From Oceanispirochaeta sp. (GTDB taxonomy: Bacteria; Spirochaetota; Spirochaetia; DSM-2461), in the NCBI GenBank assembly GCA_963666275.2, contig CAXXOA010000001.1:2537598-2601597 (forward strand): DNA of 64,000 bases. The letters are read 5' to 3'. A program made the translations under genes and the position numbers. How positions within the stretch are numbered: the first letter of the stretch is position 1; each line of letters begins with the position of its first letter. Of the stretch, positions 45,487 to 55,552 are shown piece by piece. The notes beneath the pieces were generated by a model that did no database searches, had not been told where the DNA came from, and saw only the letters and a list, made by a program, of their open reading frames with translations.

Positions 45487-48400
45487 GTGAAAAATATTAC
45501 ATTCCTTTTTCTATTATCGGTATTTTTCCTCATTTCTCCACCCGTAACGGAAAAACTCGGTGCGCAGGAGGCGGCCCCGGAGGGAGAAGCTCCGGCCCAT
45601 ATTCTGGATATGGACATAGGAAGCGTGGGAACCGATGTGTACTGGCAGGGTTACTGGCGCTACCGCTTTACCTATGGAACAGGCTATGAAAACGGACCGG
45701 ATGGTTGGGTATTTCCCGCCTCATTTTCCGGCCTACAGCAGGGATTCGAGTTTAAACAGGAGCCTGACTTTTTCCTTTCCGTATTCCTTCTGGATCACTA
45801 TTTCCTGGAAACCTCCATCACAGAAGGGTATGACAGAAACACCTATGTGATGGGCTATATGGGCGGAGAGGAAGACCCTGTGAAAGAGGTCAGAATCGGC
45901 AATGCCGGAATCGGAATCGGAGAATACCGGGGCATCGACGTCTCCTCCCCCGAATACAACACGCCCGGAATCAGCGGCCGATTCGAGTCCATGCAGTCGG
46001 AGCATGAGTTTATGATCCGCTACGACCCCACAGAGGAACAGAGCAAAACCTTTGTAGGGTCCTATGAGGTAACGGAAGAGGAAATTCTCCTGATGGACTA
46101 TCTGGAGGGGCAGTTTTTTGTTCTGCCCGATCAGGGGATCAGCAGCCTGAGAGTGTATCTGGAAGAGGACAACGGCGCCCTTGCGGGATCGGACGGCAGG
46201 AGATACACCCTGATCACTTCGGGCTACACCATAGATCTGGAACAGGGGCTTCTGGAACTGGATGAGCCGGCGGAGGACCGGGTTGTTGTTTTTTACAGGA
46301 AGGGTGCTGCCGGAGTGGGCGAAGACACTGTGGAAAACTTCATAATGGATGTGGATGCCAGCGGAAGACCCGACCCGGAGACAGCTGTACTGCCCTTCGG
46401 CTGGTCGGAAGACGATCCTTATGACGGGGAGCCTTCCAGCGGGACATTCGAAGAGACCTCTCTTGTCACAATTGATGGCAACGATGCTCTGCTGGTTCAC
46501 TCCCCCGGCAGCTGGTCCCCCTTTCAGAGCTATAACCACTACAGTTACAACACCAACCTCCCCTCTGAGTCCTGGCGTACCTCAATAACACTGATGGAGA
46601 GGGGAAGTTCTCTGGAAGCTTCGGGAGATTTCAGTTTTACCCCGGATGATTATACCCTGACAGTCCAAAGCGGCAGCTACTCTGCCAGGGATGCCCATAC
46701 CAGAGTTCCCTTTGCGGAAGAGGACCCGGCACTCTACGGCCCGGGAAGGACCAGCGATGAACAGAAAATTTCCAGGAATATCCTGATATCTGTCAAAGAG
46801 GACTCTTCCTCCTACTATCTGGGATCTGAAATTGTCAAAGGATCGGTGAAAGTCAAAGTCAACGGCACTGAAGATCAGACAGTCGAAGTGAATTACGATA
46901 CGGGCGAACTGATTTTCTCACGGTATATCTTTCCCGATGACAGGATTGAGGTAACCTACCGGACCGAAAGCACAGGCTTCGGCGGGGGAGATCTTTTCAT
47001 GGCCCAGGGCAACCGGCTTTTCCTTACCCCCTATCTGACCCTGGAACTGGCTGAATCCCTGAGATGGACCATCCCCGAATCCCAGGTGACGGAGGAACAG
47101 GGAGACAATCCCGGAAGGATCGACTTTGCGTCCACCCTTTTTTATGAGAAAGAGAATCTCTCTGTGACCGCCGGAGCGGGAGTGACGATCCAGACCCCCG
47201 ATACAGCAGGAAATCTGAGGCTCCACAGTATGGAAGATGAGGGATACAGTTTTTCCCTTTCCGAAGATCAGCTAATCCCATCTGAAATATCCCTGACTCC
47301 GGCGGATTCTGACTACCCCGAAGAGGACTGGACCCCCCTGATCTACAGGGACTTCCTGATGACAAGCAATACCGGACAGACCTATCTGAACGCCTATGAG
47401 TGGGATGCCCCGGTAGACAGCAGCGAAAGAGGTCCCTCTGCGGCCGGATCCTATCAGGATGATCCATTCAGCTCCCGTGTGATGGTTATGACCTATGATC
47501 TGGAAGGGAGCGAGTGGACCGGAGGGGACTATCTGCCTGTGAGTGACGAACTGATCGATCTTTCGGGCTACTCATCCCTGAGCTTCTATCTGCGCCGGCA
47601 GAACCTGGAAGCGGACAATCTGAAAGTGAAACTCATTCTGGGTGAAAACGGTGAATCCGAAGACGCCGATGAGAACGGTTCCGTAGAACCGGGATCCAGC
47701 TTCTATGTGGTCAGTAAAGACAATATTTCCCTCCCCGCCGAAGAAAACCAATGGGAGAAAGTCACCATATCCCTTACCACCCGGGAACGTCAGAAACTCA
47801 GCCGGGTGCGTTCTTTCCGCCTGCTCCTTTCCAACAGCGGCGGTACCGGGACTTCCAGAGGAGAACTTCTGGCGGGAGGCTTTCAGGGAGAAGGTTCTCC
47901 CCTGGTGATGCAGGTGTTCACGGCCTCCGGAACAGAAAGGGATAACTCCAGCCTTGATGCGGTGGAAACCACAGAACAAACCGAAAGTCTTGAAAAAACC
48001 TTTCCCGAAGTGGATTCAGTGTTTCATCCCGACGATGACGATCAGAAGGTACTGAAGATCTCCTGGGGTGATAAAAGTCAGGACGGAACGCCTCTGAACA
48101 GCGGAGAGTACTGGACCGGAACCTCCTGGATGGAGGGGAAGAACCCGGGAGACTACGGGGAACTGGCCCTTTATGTCCTTCATGAACAGACCGGCGGAGA
48201 AGGATTTATCGATCTCACCGACCCGGAGGGACTGGGTATCCATATAAGCTATGAACCCGGAAGCACAGGCTGGGAGAAACTGACAGTCAATCTGGAAGAG
48301 GGAACAGCCGGATTTTCCGGTGATTCCCGCATTAACTCTCTGGGCTTTGATAAAGACGCGGGCGAACTGACCCGCTTTACTGTGGGCATGACCGGGCTGA

Positions 48401-50127
48401 ACTCGGGAAGGATCTATCTGGATGAGGTGCATTTTTCCAATCCTCTGTTTACAACCCGGACCAGCCTGGACTATGACCTGACTTATGCCATCCCCGGAAC
48501 GATTGCCGCCACAGAGGGAGGTTTCCCCCTGCTGGGCAATTTCAACCTGTTCAACCGCATCTATTACAGCAGGGAGGACAACAGCTCCCTCTTTTCCGAC
48601 ACAGTCAATCAGTTGGAGAGCCAGTTCAGCACAGGAGCGGATGTGATGCGCATCCGGATGGAAGGGGATATGGATCTCAAACACAATGAGGAGAATACCC
48701 TTTATACAATGGGACACCTGGTTCGGCTGCCCTCCAGCAGCCGCCTGGGATGGGTTTCCGACTCTTACAGCCGGTCCTTTTATCCGGGTGAGGATGTGAT
48801 GAGCCGGGAAAATGTTCTCCACCTCACACCCCTGGGCTCGCTGATCCTGGAAGCCCGCTCTGGCAGCGAGGGAAGCCTGGACCAGCTGGTTCAGCAGTGG
48901 GGAGGATCTTTCAAGCTGAGTCCCTACAAAGGGGGATCGGCAGAAATGGAAATGGACCTCTTTCAGACCTCAGGCTGGGAGAGCGACTCGGAAAGTTACT
49001 TCAGCGACTGGGCTGCCGACTTCAGTTACTACACACCCCTGGATGAGGACCTGGAAAGCCGGGAGGGAGAAGGGAACGCCGGATTCTCCCACAGAGGAGA
49101 GATTTTCGGTATATCCTGGACTCCCGAACTGAGTTACTATGCCACCGAAACCTATCAGTGGGAACAGACAAACACATGGGAAACCGAACTGGCCTTTCCT
49201 CTGGAGATTCCCACCGGCCGGGGGGATATTTCTGTGGAACCCGGTTACAGGAGGAGCCTGGAGAACGTGATTTTCCCCGGGGAATACAGCTCCTTCCGGG
49301 ATGACTGGGATACCCTCACCAGAGGACTGGAATCCCAGTTCCCCCTGTGGAACTTTGTCCCTCTCTACGAGATCTTTGATACAAACGGCATCGACAGGTT
49401 TGAGGATACACTGACTCTGACCGACGACAGTACCTACACCCCAGAGCTCTACCTCTCGGTGAGCCGGATGCCCGGTTCCCGGCTCTCCGATCTGATAGCC
49501 CCCTCTTCGGTGGATATCAGCCTGGACAGAACCTACAGAAAAGACAGCGACACCCTATACAGAGAGGACCACTGGAGCTTCCAGTATGTCCAGTCGGCGC
49601 TGAACCTTTTCGGCAGCTACGGCAGTCAGGGGTATCTTGATTTTTATGAAACCGATGAGTGGACAAGCTCCCTTCAGTACATCCTCTCGGGTCGGGAGGG
49701 ATTCCTGCCGGACCCGGAAGAGCTGATCTATCAGAACTATATCAATCTCCTCACCGGAGAGGTCTGGGAAATAAGCCTGGACAACCGCTATGCCCTGCAG
49801 TTTCAGGAGGACACATGGCAGGAGGACCTTCAGTTTATCTTCCGCTGGAGAGAGCCCGAGAACCCCTGGATTGACCTGCCCCTCATAGACAGACTGATTG
49901 TGAAAACAAACTACAGAGAGCATGAGGAACGTCTGGAATTCGGCGGGGATTTTGACGGGGAAGAGAGGGAGAATACCACATACGATACCATAATGACCCA
50001 CCAGACCAGCCTGATTATAGAGGAACTGGGGGCTCTGAAAGGCTGGATGTCCCTGGGACTGGGAGGGAAACAGGAGGTTTTCCAGAACGCCTTCGAATTG
50101 GGGGTGGAGTTGGAGATCACTTTCTGA
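45487..50127 (+). CDS. Large acidic outer-membrane protein, SprA-like
   Basis: Signal peptide, YTIDLEQGLLEL and GSVKVKVNG...VNYDTGELIF repeats, CBM-like segments, amphipathic beta-strands, and a C-terminal beta-signal ELGVELEITF. Confidence 0.65.
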   Translation: MKNITFLFLLSVFFLISPPVTEKLGAQEAAPEGEAPAHILDMDIGSVGTDVYWQGYWRYRFTYGTGYENGPDGWVFPASFSGLQQGFEFKQEPDFFLSVFLLDHYFLETSITEGYDRNTYVMGYMGGEEDPVKEVRIGNAGIGIGEYRGIDVSSPEYNTPGISGRFESMQSEHEFMIRYDPTEEQSKTFVGSYEVTEEEILLMDYLEGQFFVLPDQGISSLRVYLEEDNGALAGSDGRRYTLITSGYTIDLEQGLLELDEPAEDRVVVFYRKGAAGVGEDTVENFIMDVDASGRPDPETAVLPFGWSEDDPYDGEPSSGTFEETSLVTIDGNDALLVHSPGSWSPFQSYNHYSYNTNLPSESWRTSITLMERGSSLEASGDFSFTPDDYTLTVQSGSYSARDAHTRVPFAEEDPALYGPGRTSDEQKISRNILISVKEDSSSYYLGSEIVKGSVKVKVNGTEDQTVEVNYDTGELIFSRYIFPDDRIEVTYRTESTGFGGGDLFMAQGNRLFLTPYLTLELAESLRWTIPESQVTEEQGDNPGRIDFASTLFYEKENLSVTAGAGVTIQTPDTAGNLRLHSMEDEGYSFSLSEDQLIPSEISLTPADSDYPEEDWTPLIYRDFLMTSNTGQTYLNAYEWDAPVDSSERGPSAAGSYQDDPFSSRVMVMTYDLEGSEWTGGDYLPVSDELIDLSGYSSLSFYLRRQNLEADNLKVKLILGENGESEDADENGSVEPGSSFYVVSKDNISLPAEENQWEKVTISLTTRERQKLSRVRSFRLLLSNSGGTGTSRGELLAGGFQGEGSPLVMQVFTASGTERDNSSLDAVETTEQTESLEKTFPEVDSVFHPDDDDQKVLKISWGDKSQDGTPLNSGEYWTGTSWMEGKNPGDYGELALYVLHEQTGGEGFIDLTDPEGLGIHISYEPGSTGWEKLTVNLEEGTAGFSGDSRINSLGFDKDAGELTRFTVGMTGLNSGRIYLDEVHFSNPLFTTRTSLDYDLTYAIPGTIAATEGGFPLLGNFNLFNRIYYSREDNSSLFSDTVNQLESQFSTGADVMRIRMEGDMDLKHNEENTLYTMGHLVRLPSSSRLGWVSDSYSRSFYPGEDVMSRENVLHLTPLGSLILEARSGSEGSLDQLVQQWGGSFKLSPYKGGSAEMEMDLFQTSGWESDSESYFSDWAADFSYYTPLDEDLESREGEGNAGFSHRGEIFGISWTPELSYYATETYQWEQTNTWETELAFPLEIPTGRGDISVEPGYRRSLENVIFPGEYSSFRDDWDTLTRGLESQFPLWNFVPLYEIFDTNGIDRFEDTLTLTDDSTYTPELYLSVSRMPGSRLSDLIAPSSVDISLDRTYRKDSDTLYREDHWSFQYVQSALNLFGSYGSQGYLDFYETDEWTSSLQYILSGREGFLPDPEELIYQNYINLLTGEVWEISLDNRYALQFQEDTWQEDLQFIFRWREPENPWIDLPLIDRLIVKTNYREHEERLEFGGDFDGEERENTTYDTIMTHQTSLIIEELGALKGWMSLGLGGKQEVFQNAFELGVELEITF

Positions 50128-50139
50128 TAGGTTAAAACC

Positions 50140-52014
50140 ATGAGCAAATCGGTCAGAGTTCTGAATGATATGGTAGCCCGCAAAATTGCCGCGGGAGAAG
50201 TAATAGACAGACCCAATTCGGTGGTCCGGGAGTTGATGGACAACGCCATTGACGCCGGAGCGGACCGGGTGGATCTGAGCCTCGAACAGGGGGGGATTGC
50301 CAAAATCCGCCTTGTGGACAACGGAATAGGAATGACCCGGGAGGATTTAACCCTCTGCTGCCTTCCCCATGCCACCAGCAAGATTGAAACCGAAGATGAT
50401 CTGATGCAGATCCGGAGCCTGGGATTCCGGGGCGAGGCCCTTTCCAGTATTGCCGCCAGTTCCCGCCTGGATATTATATCCACCCGGGAGGGAGAAACCC
50501 ACCGGCTCACAATCCGGGACGGGAAACTCACCGAACCTGTTCCCTGGCGGGGCGGCAAAGGGACGATTGTCGAGGCGTCGGACCTGTTCTACTCCATTCC
50601 GGCCCGGAAAAAATTCCTCAAAAGGCCCCAGTCAGAGGGCACCATGTGCCGGAATACCTTTCTGGAAAAGGCCATCCCCTTTCCTGATATCCACTTTCAG
50701 CTCACCATGGACGGCAAGGTCCGCTTTACCCTCCCCCCCTCTAGCCTGAGAGAACGGGTGGCCGCCGCATACGGCAACTCCATTCCCGGGGGAATGCTTG
50801 TGCAGAGACAGGCTGTTCTGGAGGGCTTTGATATCACCATTGTGGCGGGACGGCCCGAACTGAACCGGAATGACCGCCGGTTTATCCAGATATTTGCCAA
50901 CAACAGACGGATCGATGAATACGCCTATATGCAGGCTGTTCAGTACGGCTATGACGAAATCCTCCCCGGAGGGGTCTTTCCTGTGTGTTTTGTTTTTATT
51001 AATGTTGACCCCTCGCTGGTGGATTTCAATATCCATCCGGCCAAAAGGGAAGCCCGTTTCCGGAACGGTCCCCAGATCCACCATGAACTGGTGTCCCTTA
51101 TAAAAGATTTTCTGCGGGAGTACAGTCCCGTGCGTCCTGCGGGCGTGCCTGTCGAATCAAGACAGCTGGATCTGAATGAGCCGGACTCTCCCCTGCCATC
51201 GCCCTCTGTTCCCTCTCCGGGGCCCGCAGCGGTCCCCTGGCAGAAACCGGCACCATCTGCGTCGCCGGGGGTATATAAGAACAGGACAGACTGGCCGGGA
51301 AGCCCGAATCCCTCCCAGCATCACAGAGAGAGCTATCCCGCCACACCTCAGGCCCAGAGCGAGAGGTTCAGCAGGCTTGTCCGGGAGACTCCTCCCCTCA
51401 GACAGGAGCTGCACCCGGAAAGGATCCCCCCCTATCACAGGGCCGCACCGGCGGAGCAGGCTCAGGGAGAGAGTTCCATCCGCTTTATGGGGCAGATCAT
51501 GGGAGTTTTTCTGCTGGCCGAAGTGGGAACTGATCTCTTCATAGTGGATCAGCATGCGGCTCACGAAAAACTCCTTTACGAACGCTACAAAAGAGAGGAT
51601 CCGGCGGTACAGGAACTTCTGATCCCCCTGGAGCTGGAGGTCAGCGAAGAAGAGGAACGGTTTATGCTGGCACAGAAAGAGGTCTTTACAGGACTGGGGA
51701 TAAGCTTCCGGAAAAAAGAGGAGAATCTGTTTGAAGTGACAGCCCTCCCCCGGGCGGCCCTCTCCCTGGAAAAAGAGATCATGGAATTTCTCAGATGCCG
51801 CAAAGGCTCCCCGGCGGAGCTTCAGAAAGATCTGTATGCCACCATGAGCTGCCGGAATGCCATCAAAGAGGGAGATCCCATCGATCCCGGCGCCGCCATG
51901 GAGCTGTTAAAAGGCGCCCTGGCTCTGGAAAATCCCCGCTGCCCCCACGGAAGGCTTCTCTGGTTCAAACTGAGCGAAGCGGAACTCTATTCCCTGGTGG
52001 GCCGTACGGTTTAG
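50140..52014 (+). CDS. mutL: DNA mismatch repair protein MutL
   Basis: KIAAGEVI, HATSKI, GFRGEALSSI, VDFNIHPAKRE, DQHAAHE, SCRNAIK and CPHGR. Confidence 0.98.
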   Translation: MSKSVRVLNDMVARKIAAGEVIDRPNSVVRELMDNAIDAGADRVDLSLEQGGIAKIRLVDNGIGMTREDLTLCCLPHATSKIETEDDLMQIRSLGFRGEALSSIAASSRLDIISTREGETHRLTIRDGKLTEPVPWRGGKGTIVEASDLFYSIPARKKFLKRPQSEGTMCRNTFLEKAIPFPDIHFQLTMDGKVRFTLPPSSLRERVAAAYGNSIPGGMLVQRQAVLEGFDITIVAGRPELNRNDRRFIQIFANNRRIDEYAYMQAVQYGYDEILPGGVFPVCFVFINVDPSLVDFNIHPAKREARFRNGPQIHHELVSLIKDFLREYSPVRPAGVPVESRQLDLNEPDSPLPSPSVPSPGPAAVPWQKPAPSASPGVYKNRTDWPGSPNPSQHHRESYPATPQAQSERFSRLVRETPPLRQELHPERIPPYHRAAPAEQAQGESSIRFMGQIMGVFLLAEVGTDLFIVDQHAAHEKLLYERYKREDPAVQELLIPLELEVSEEEERFMLAQKEVFTGLGISFRKKEENLFEVTALPRAALSLEKEIMEFLRCRKGSPAELQKDLYATMSCRNAIKEGDPIDPGAAMELLKGALALENPRCPHGRLLWFKLSEAELYSLVGRTV

Positions 52015-52051
52015 CTCCCTGAATCCGGCCCCTGAATCACGGCCCCTAAAT

Positions 52052-52107
52052 CCCCTAAAGGGGACTTTTACTTAAAACGCAGCGGAATGTTTCACAGATA
52101 AAGTGCC
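52052..52107. repeat. 56-bp element, inverted copy of 43104-43159
   Basis: Reverse complement is 55/56 identical. Confidence 0.92.
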
Positions 52108-52122
52108 ACCCCTCGAGAGGCC

Positions 52123-52509
52123 GCGGAGCCGAAATGCCCTAGCTAGCAGAAGACCCTCATCTCATCAGAACCAACGGTAGCTGAGCGGGCCTGTATTGAG
52201 CGGAGCCGAAATGCCCTAGTTAGCAGAAGACCCTCATCTCATCAGAACCAACGGTAGCTGAGCGGACCTGTATTGAGCGGAGCCGAAATGCCCTAGCTAG
52301 CAGAAGACCCTCATCTCATCAGAACCAACGGTAGCTGAGCGGGCCTGTATTGAGCGGAGCCGAAATGCCCTAGCTAGCAGAAGACCCTCATCTCATCAGA
52401 ACCAACGGTAGCTGAGCGGGCCTGTATTGAGCGGAGCCGAAATGCCCTAGCTAGCAGAAGACCCTCATCTCATCAGAACCAACGGTAGCTGAGCGGAGCC
52501 GAAGCTACC
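52123..52509. repeat. 77-bp tandem repeat, about 5 copies
   Basis: Units start at 52123, 52200, 52277, 52354 and 52431 and are nearly identical; the array ends in the hairpin GTAGCTGAGCGGAGCCGAAGCTAC. Confidence 0.96.
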
Positions 52510-54568
52510 GGATCAGAGTCTGCAGTTCCTCTTTGCCCGGATAGGAGGGGTTCTTTTTCAGAAGCTCTTCCACAGTGGTCCTGGCTTCGGCGGTTTTACC
52601 CAGAGTAAACTGTACGTGGGCCAGTTTGTCCCAGGCCTCCCAGTTGGAACTGTTGAGCTTGATCACCTGATTCAGGATGGTTTCCGCTTCGGTTGTCTGT
52701 TTATTGTCCATATAGGCCCGGGCCAGATTCAGCATAATGTCATCGTCTGTGGGATCGGCACCTACAGCTTTTTTGTAGTAGGAAACCGCATTGGCATAAT
52801 CTTCCTTATGAAGATAGACATTTCCCAGGTTGTTCCAAACAAGGGCTGAACCCGAATCAAGCTGTTCCGCTTCCTTCAGATACTGAAGGGCCTTATCATA
52901 CTCAGCAGCCTGATCATACAGGACCCCCAGATTAATACGGGGTTTCACATAGGCCGGATCCACTTCCACGGCTTTCAGATAGGAGGCGATCGCTCCGTCT
53001 GTCATTCCCAGATCCTCGTTGATTTCACCCATGGTATAGATAAAACGGGCGTTGGAGGGATCAAGCTGTACCGCTTTGACCGCCGCATTCAGGGCGGATG
53101 AGGGATCCCCTTTGGCCTGATAGATCAGGGCCTGATTGTGACGGATATCTCCGTTTTCAGGTTCCAGGGCGGCGGCTTTTTCATAGGCCTGAACCGCCGA
53201 GTCATAACTGCTCTGTGCGTAGTAGGCGGCTGCCAGACTCCGCCAGTACCGTCCGTCGTCCCCGGCCAGCTCGGTGGCTTTTTTAAAGTAGGAGACAGCC
53301 ATGGAACTCACTCCCTCGTTGAGGGCCAGTTTCCCCGCCTCCCAGTAGGAGGCCGCATGGTCCGGCCTGTACTGAATACTGAGCTTCATGGTGGCCAGGG
53401 CGTCTTTGTCTCTTCCCAGTTTCAGATAGGTAAGACCCATGGCAAAATAGTTCCCCGTATAGGCGGGGTCTATGGCTTCGCACTTTTTAAAGGAACCCAG
53501 AGCATCCGAGTACATCCTGGCCCGGTACTGCAGCTTTCCCAGTTCGTAGGCCAGTTTGGCATTGTCGCTGTTCAGACTGACTGCTTTTTTCAGATAGTCG
53601 ATGGCTTTCCTGGAATCCCCGTCGGCCTGGGCGATCTGAGACAGGTATTCATAGTTTTCCCAGTTGGAGGGATCCAGACTGACAGCCCGTTCCAGATGCC
53701 TCCGGGCTTCATCTCTGGCCGCAGAAGAGGAGGAATCGGATAGATACCGGGCCTGACCTGTCAGAGAGTGCCCTCTGGGGTCCTCCTGATCCAGATCAAG
53801 GATATCCTCTCCCTTACTCAGGGCTTCACCGTAGGATTTCCTTTCAATGGCATCCATACCGTCCTTGTAGAGCGCAGCGATTCTGGCTTCTTTCTCTTCC
53901 CGGGCTTTTTTCTCCGCCGCCGATTCGGCATCCTCCCTGGCCTGTTCGGCCCGGGACTTCAGATTGGAGGCTTTGTAGGAGGAGGGATCCAGAAGCAGCG
54001 CCTGACGGGCCAGATCGATAGCCCTGTTGAAGGCTTTATCCGAGAGGGCGTCTTCTCCCTGCTGAACCAGAGATTCCACCTGCCTCTGCAGTTCCAGAGC
54101 CTTCTGCCGCTCTTCCTCTTTCCGGGCCTCCTCCCTCTCTCTCTGAAGACGCAGTTCCTCCTGCCTTGCCAGGAGCTCTGCTGTCTTCTCTCCCTGATCC
54201 TGCCCCTGAAGGGACTCGCCCAGCTGATCCAGGCTCTCCCGGAGCTGATCCTGCTGATCCTCCAGATTTTTCAGATCCTCCTGGCGTTTCTGTTCGTCAT
54301 AGGCGTTTTTCCGATCAATCGCCTGATCTCTCAGATCCCGGGCTTCCTGGTCCGCAGCATCCTCTATAAGAAGGCCGTCAAGAAGATCCAGAGCTCTCTG
54401 AAACTCGTTTCGGTCCATATACTCTCTGGCAAGGGTTATTATATTGTCCCTTTTGGAACTTCCTGTATCATCACCGCCCGGAGTCCTGAGGAGGAACCAC
54501 AACAGGGCTCCCACCAGCAGAATACCAGCCAGTATACCGGCAATTATTAAGATCTTTTTCCTATCCAT
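52505..54568 (-). CDS. Membrane-anchored coiled-coil/TPR protein
   Basis: N-terminal TM, charged coiled coil and more than 10 TPR repeats. Confidence 0.88.
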   Translation of the reverse strand: MDRKKILIIAGILAGILLVGALLWFLLRTPGGDDTGSSKRDNIITLAREYMDRNEFQRALDLLDGLLIEDAADQEARDLRDQAIDRKNAYDEQKRQEDLKNLEDQQDQLRESLDQLGESLQGQDQGEKTAELLARQEELRLQREREEARKEEERQKALELQRQVESLVQQGEDALSDKAFNRAIDLARQALLLDPSSYKASNLKSRAEQAREDAESAAEKKAREEKEARIAALYKDGMDAIERKSYGEALSKGEDILDLDQEDPRGHSLTGQARYLSDSSSSAARDEARRHLERAVSLDPSNWENYEYLSQIAQADGDSRKAIDYLKKAVSLNSDNAKLAYELGKLQYRARMYSDALGSFKKCEAIDPAYTGNYFAMGLTYLKLGRDKDALATMKLSIQYRPDHAASYWEAGKLALNEGVSSMAVSYFKKATELAGDDGRYWRSLAAAYYAQSSYDSAVQAYEKAAALEPENGDIRHNQALIYQAKGDPSSALNAAVKAVQLDPSNARFIYTMGEINEDLGMTDGAIASYLKAVEVDPAYVKPRINLGVLYDQAAEYDKALQYLKEAEQLDSGSALVWNNLGNVYLHKEDYANAVSYYKKAVGADPTDDDIMLNLARAYMDNKQTTEAETILNQVIKLNSSNWEAWDKLAHVQFTLGKTAEARTTVEELLKKNPSYPGKEELQTLIR

Positions 54569-54616
54569 GAGTTCTCCCAACTTCAGATGTTTTATAAACC
54601 ACGCAATGTATTCAAG

Positions 54617-55417
54617 TTAATCATCCAGATCGGATTCTTCAAAGTCTTCCTCGACTTTTTCGCTTTCCGCATTGAAACTTTCCGTTTCTTTTCCCGCCGT
54701 ACTCAGAGAGTTGAGGATATTCTCCATAAGGGCTCTCTGCCGGGCTTCCTCTTCCAGGCGCTGCTGCTCGGCGATTTCCCTCTGCCGGGTCTCTTCTTCA
54801 AGCTTCCGGGCCTCTTCCTCCGCGGCCAGCCTGCGTTCTTCCTCTTCCCGGCGCAGCCTGTCTTCCTCTTCCAGCCTTTTCTGTTCCTCATCCTGAAGGT
54901 ACTGCCTCAACAGGGCGACCATCTCTTCGATACTCTCCCTTTTAGGGGTATCGGGAACCTCCATCAGATAGTTCAGATAGTCGTCCAGAGCCTTCTGATA
55001 GGCTTGATTCGTCACAGACATATTGGCCCGGTTCAAAAGGGCTTTTGTCCGGAAAGGATTCAGTGTTTCCGCCAGACTTGTATACTGTTCTTCCGCCTGT
55101 TCATATTTCCCGGTAGTGTAGTAAAGGTTAGCGAGATTGAAAATCAGTTCATGAAAATACTTTCCCTGAAGGGAGATGCCTTTCTTCATGATCTCTTCCG
55201 CAGCCGCCGGATCCCCCTCCTTCTGGTAGAGGATTCCCAGATAGAGACAGACCCCGTCATTTCCGGCTTCTTCAGCCAGTGCTTTCTCAAGAAATCCCCG
55301 GGCTTCCAGATCCCGGCCTTCCCTGTAGGCATTCAGACCGTCCTGGTAGGACCCTGCCGGCAGTAGTCCGCAGACAGAGAAAATGAGTATTGCGGGAAGT
55401 ATCCAACTCTTGCGCAT
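54617..55417 (-). CDS. Secreted TPR protein with charged coiled-coil tail
   Basis: Signal peptide, FNLANLYYTTGKYEQA TPR and an E/R-rich C-terminus. Confidence 0.82.
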   Translation of the reverse strand: MRKSWILPAILIFSVCGLLPAGSYQDGLNAYREGRDLEARGFLEKALAEEAGNDGVCLYLGILYQKEGDPAAAEEIMKKGISLQGKYFHELIFNLANLYYTTGKYEQAEEQYTSLAETLNPFRTKALLNRANMSVTNQAYQKALDDYLNYLMEVPDTPKRESIEEMVALLRQYLQDEEQKRLEEEDRLRREEEERRLAAEEEARKLEEETRQREIAEQQRLEEEARQRALMENILNSLSTAGKETESFNAESEKVEEDFEESDLDD

Positions 55418-55552
55418 CTATCCGATCCTCCAGTTAGGTTTGACAGATTCTGAGAAACTGTTTAGTCTAATACCATATCGGAAAAAAGTTTCGCTTTCCA
55501 TAGGGAATCCGTAATATAGTATACCCCTAAACGGGGATTTTTCGGAGCAACC

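Noticed and set aside
52123..52509. Possible CRISPR array
   Set aside because: The would-be spacers are identical between units and no cas genes are present; this is a tandem repeat.
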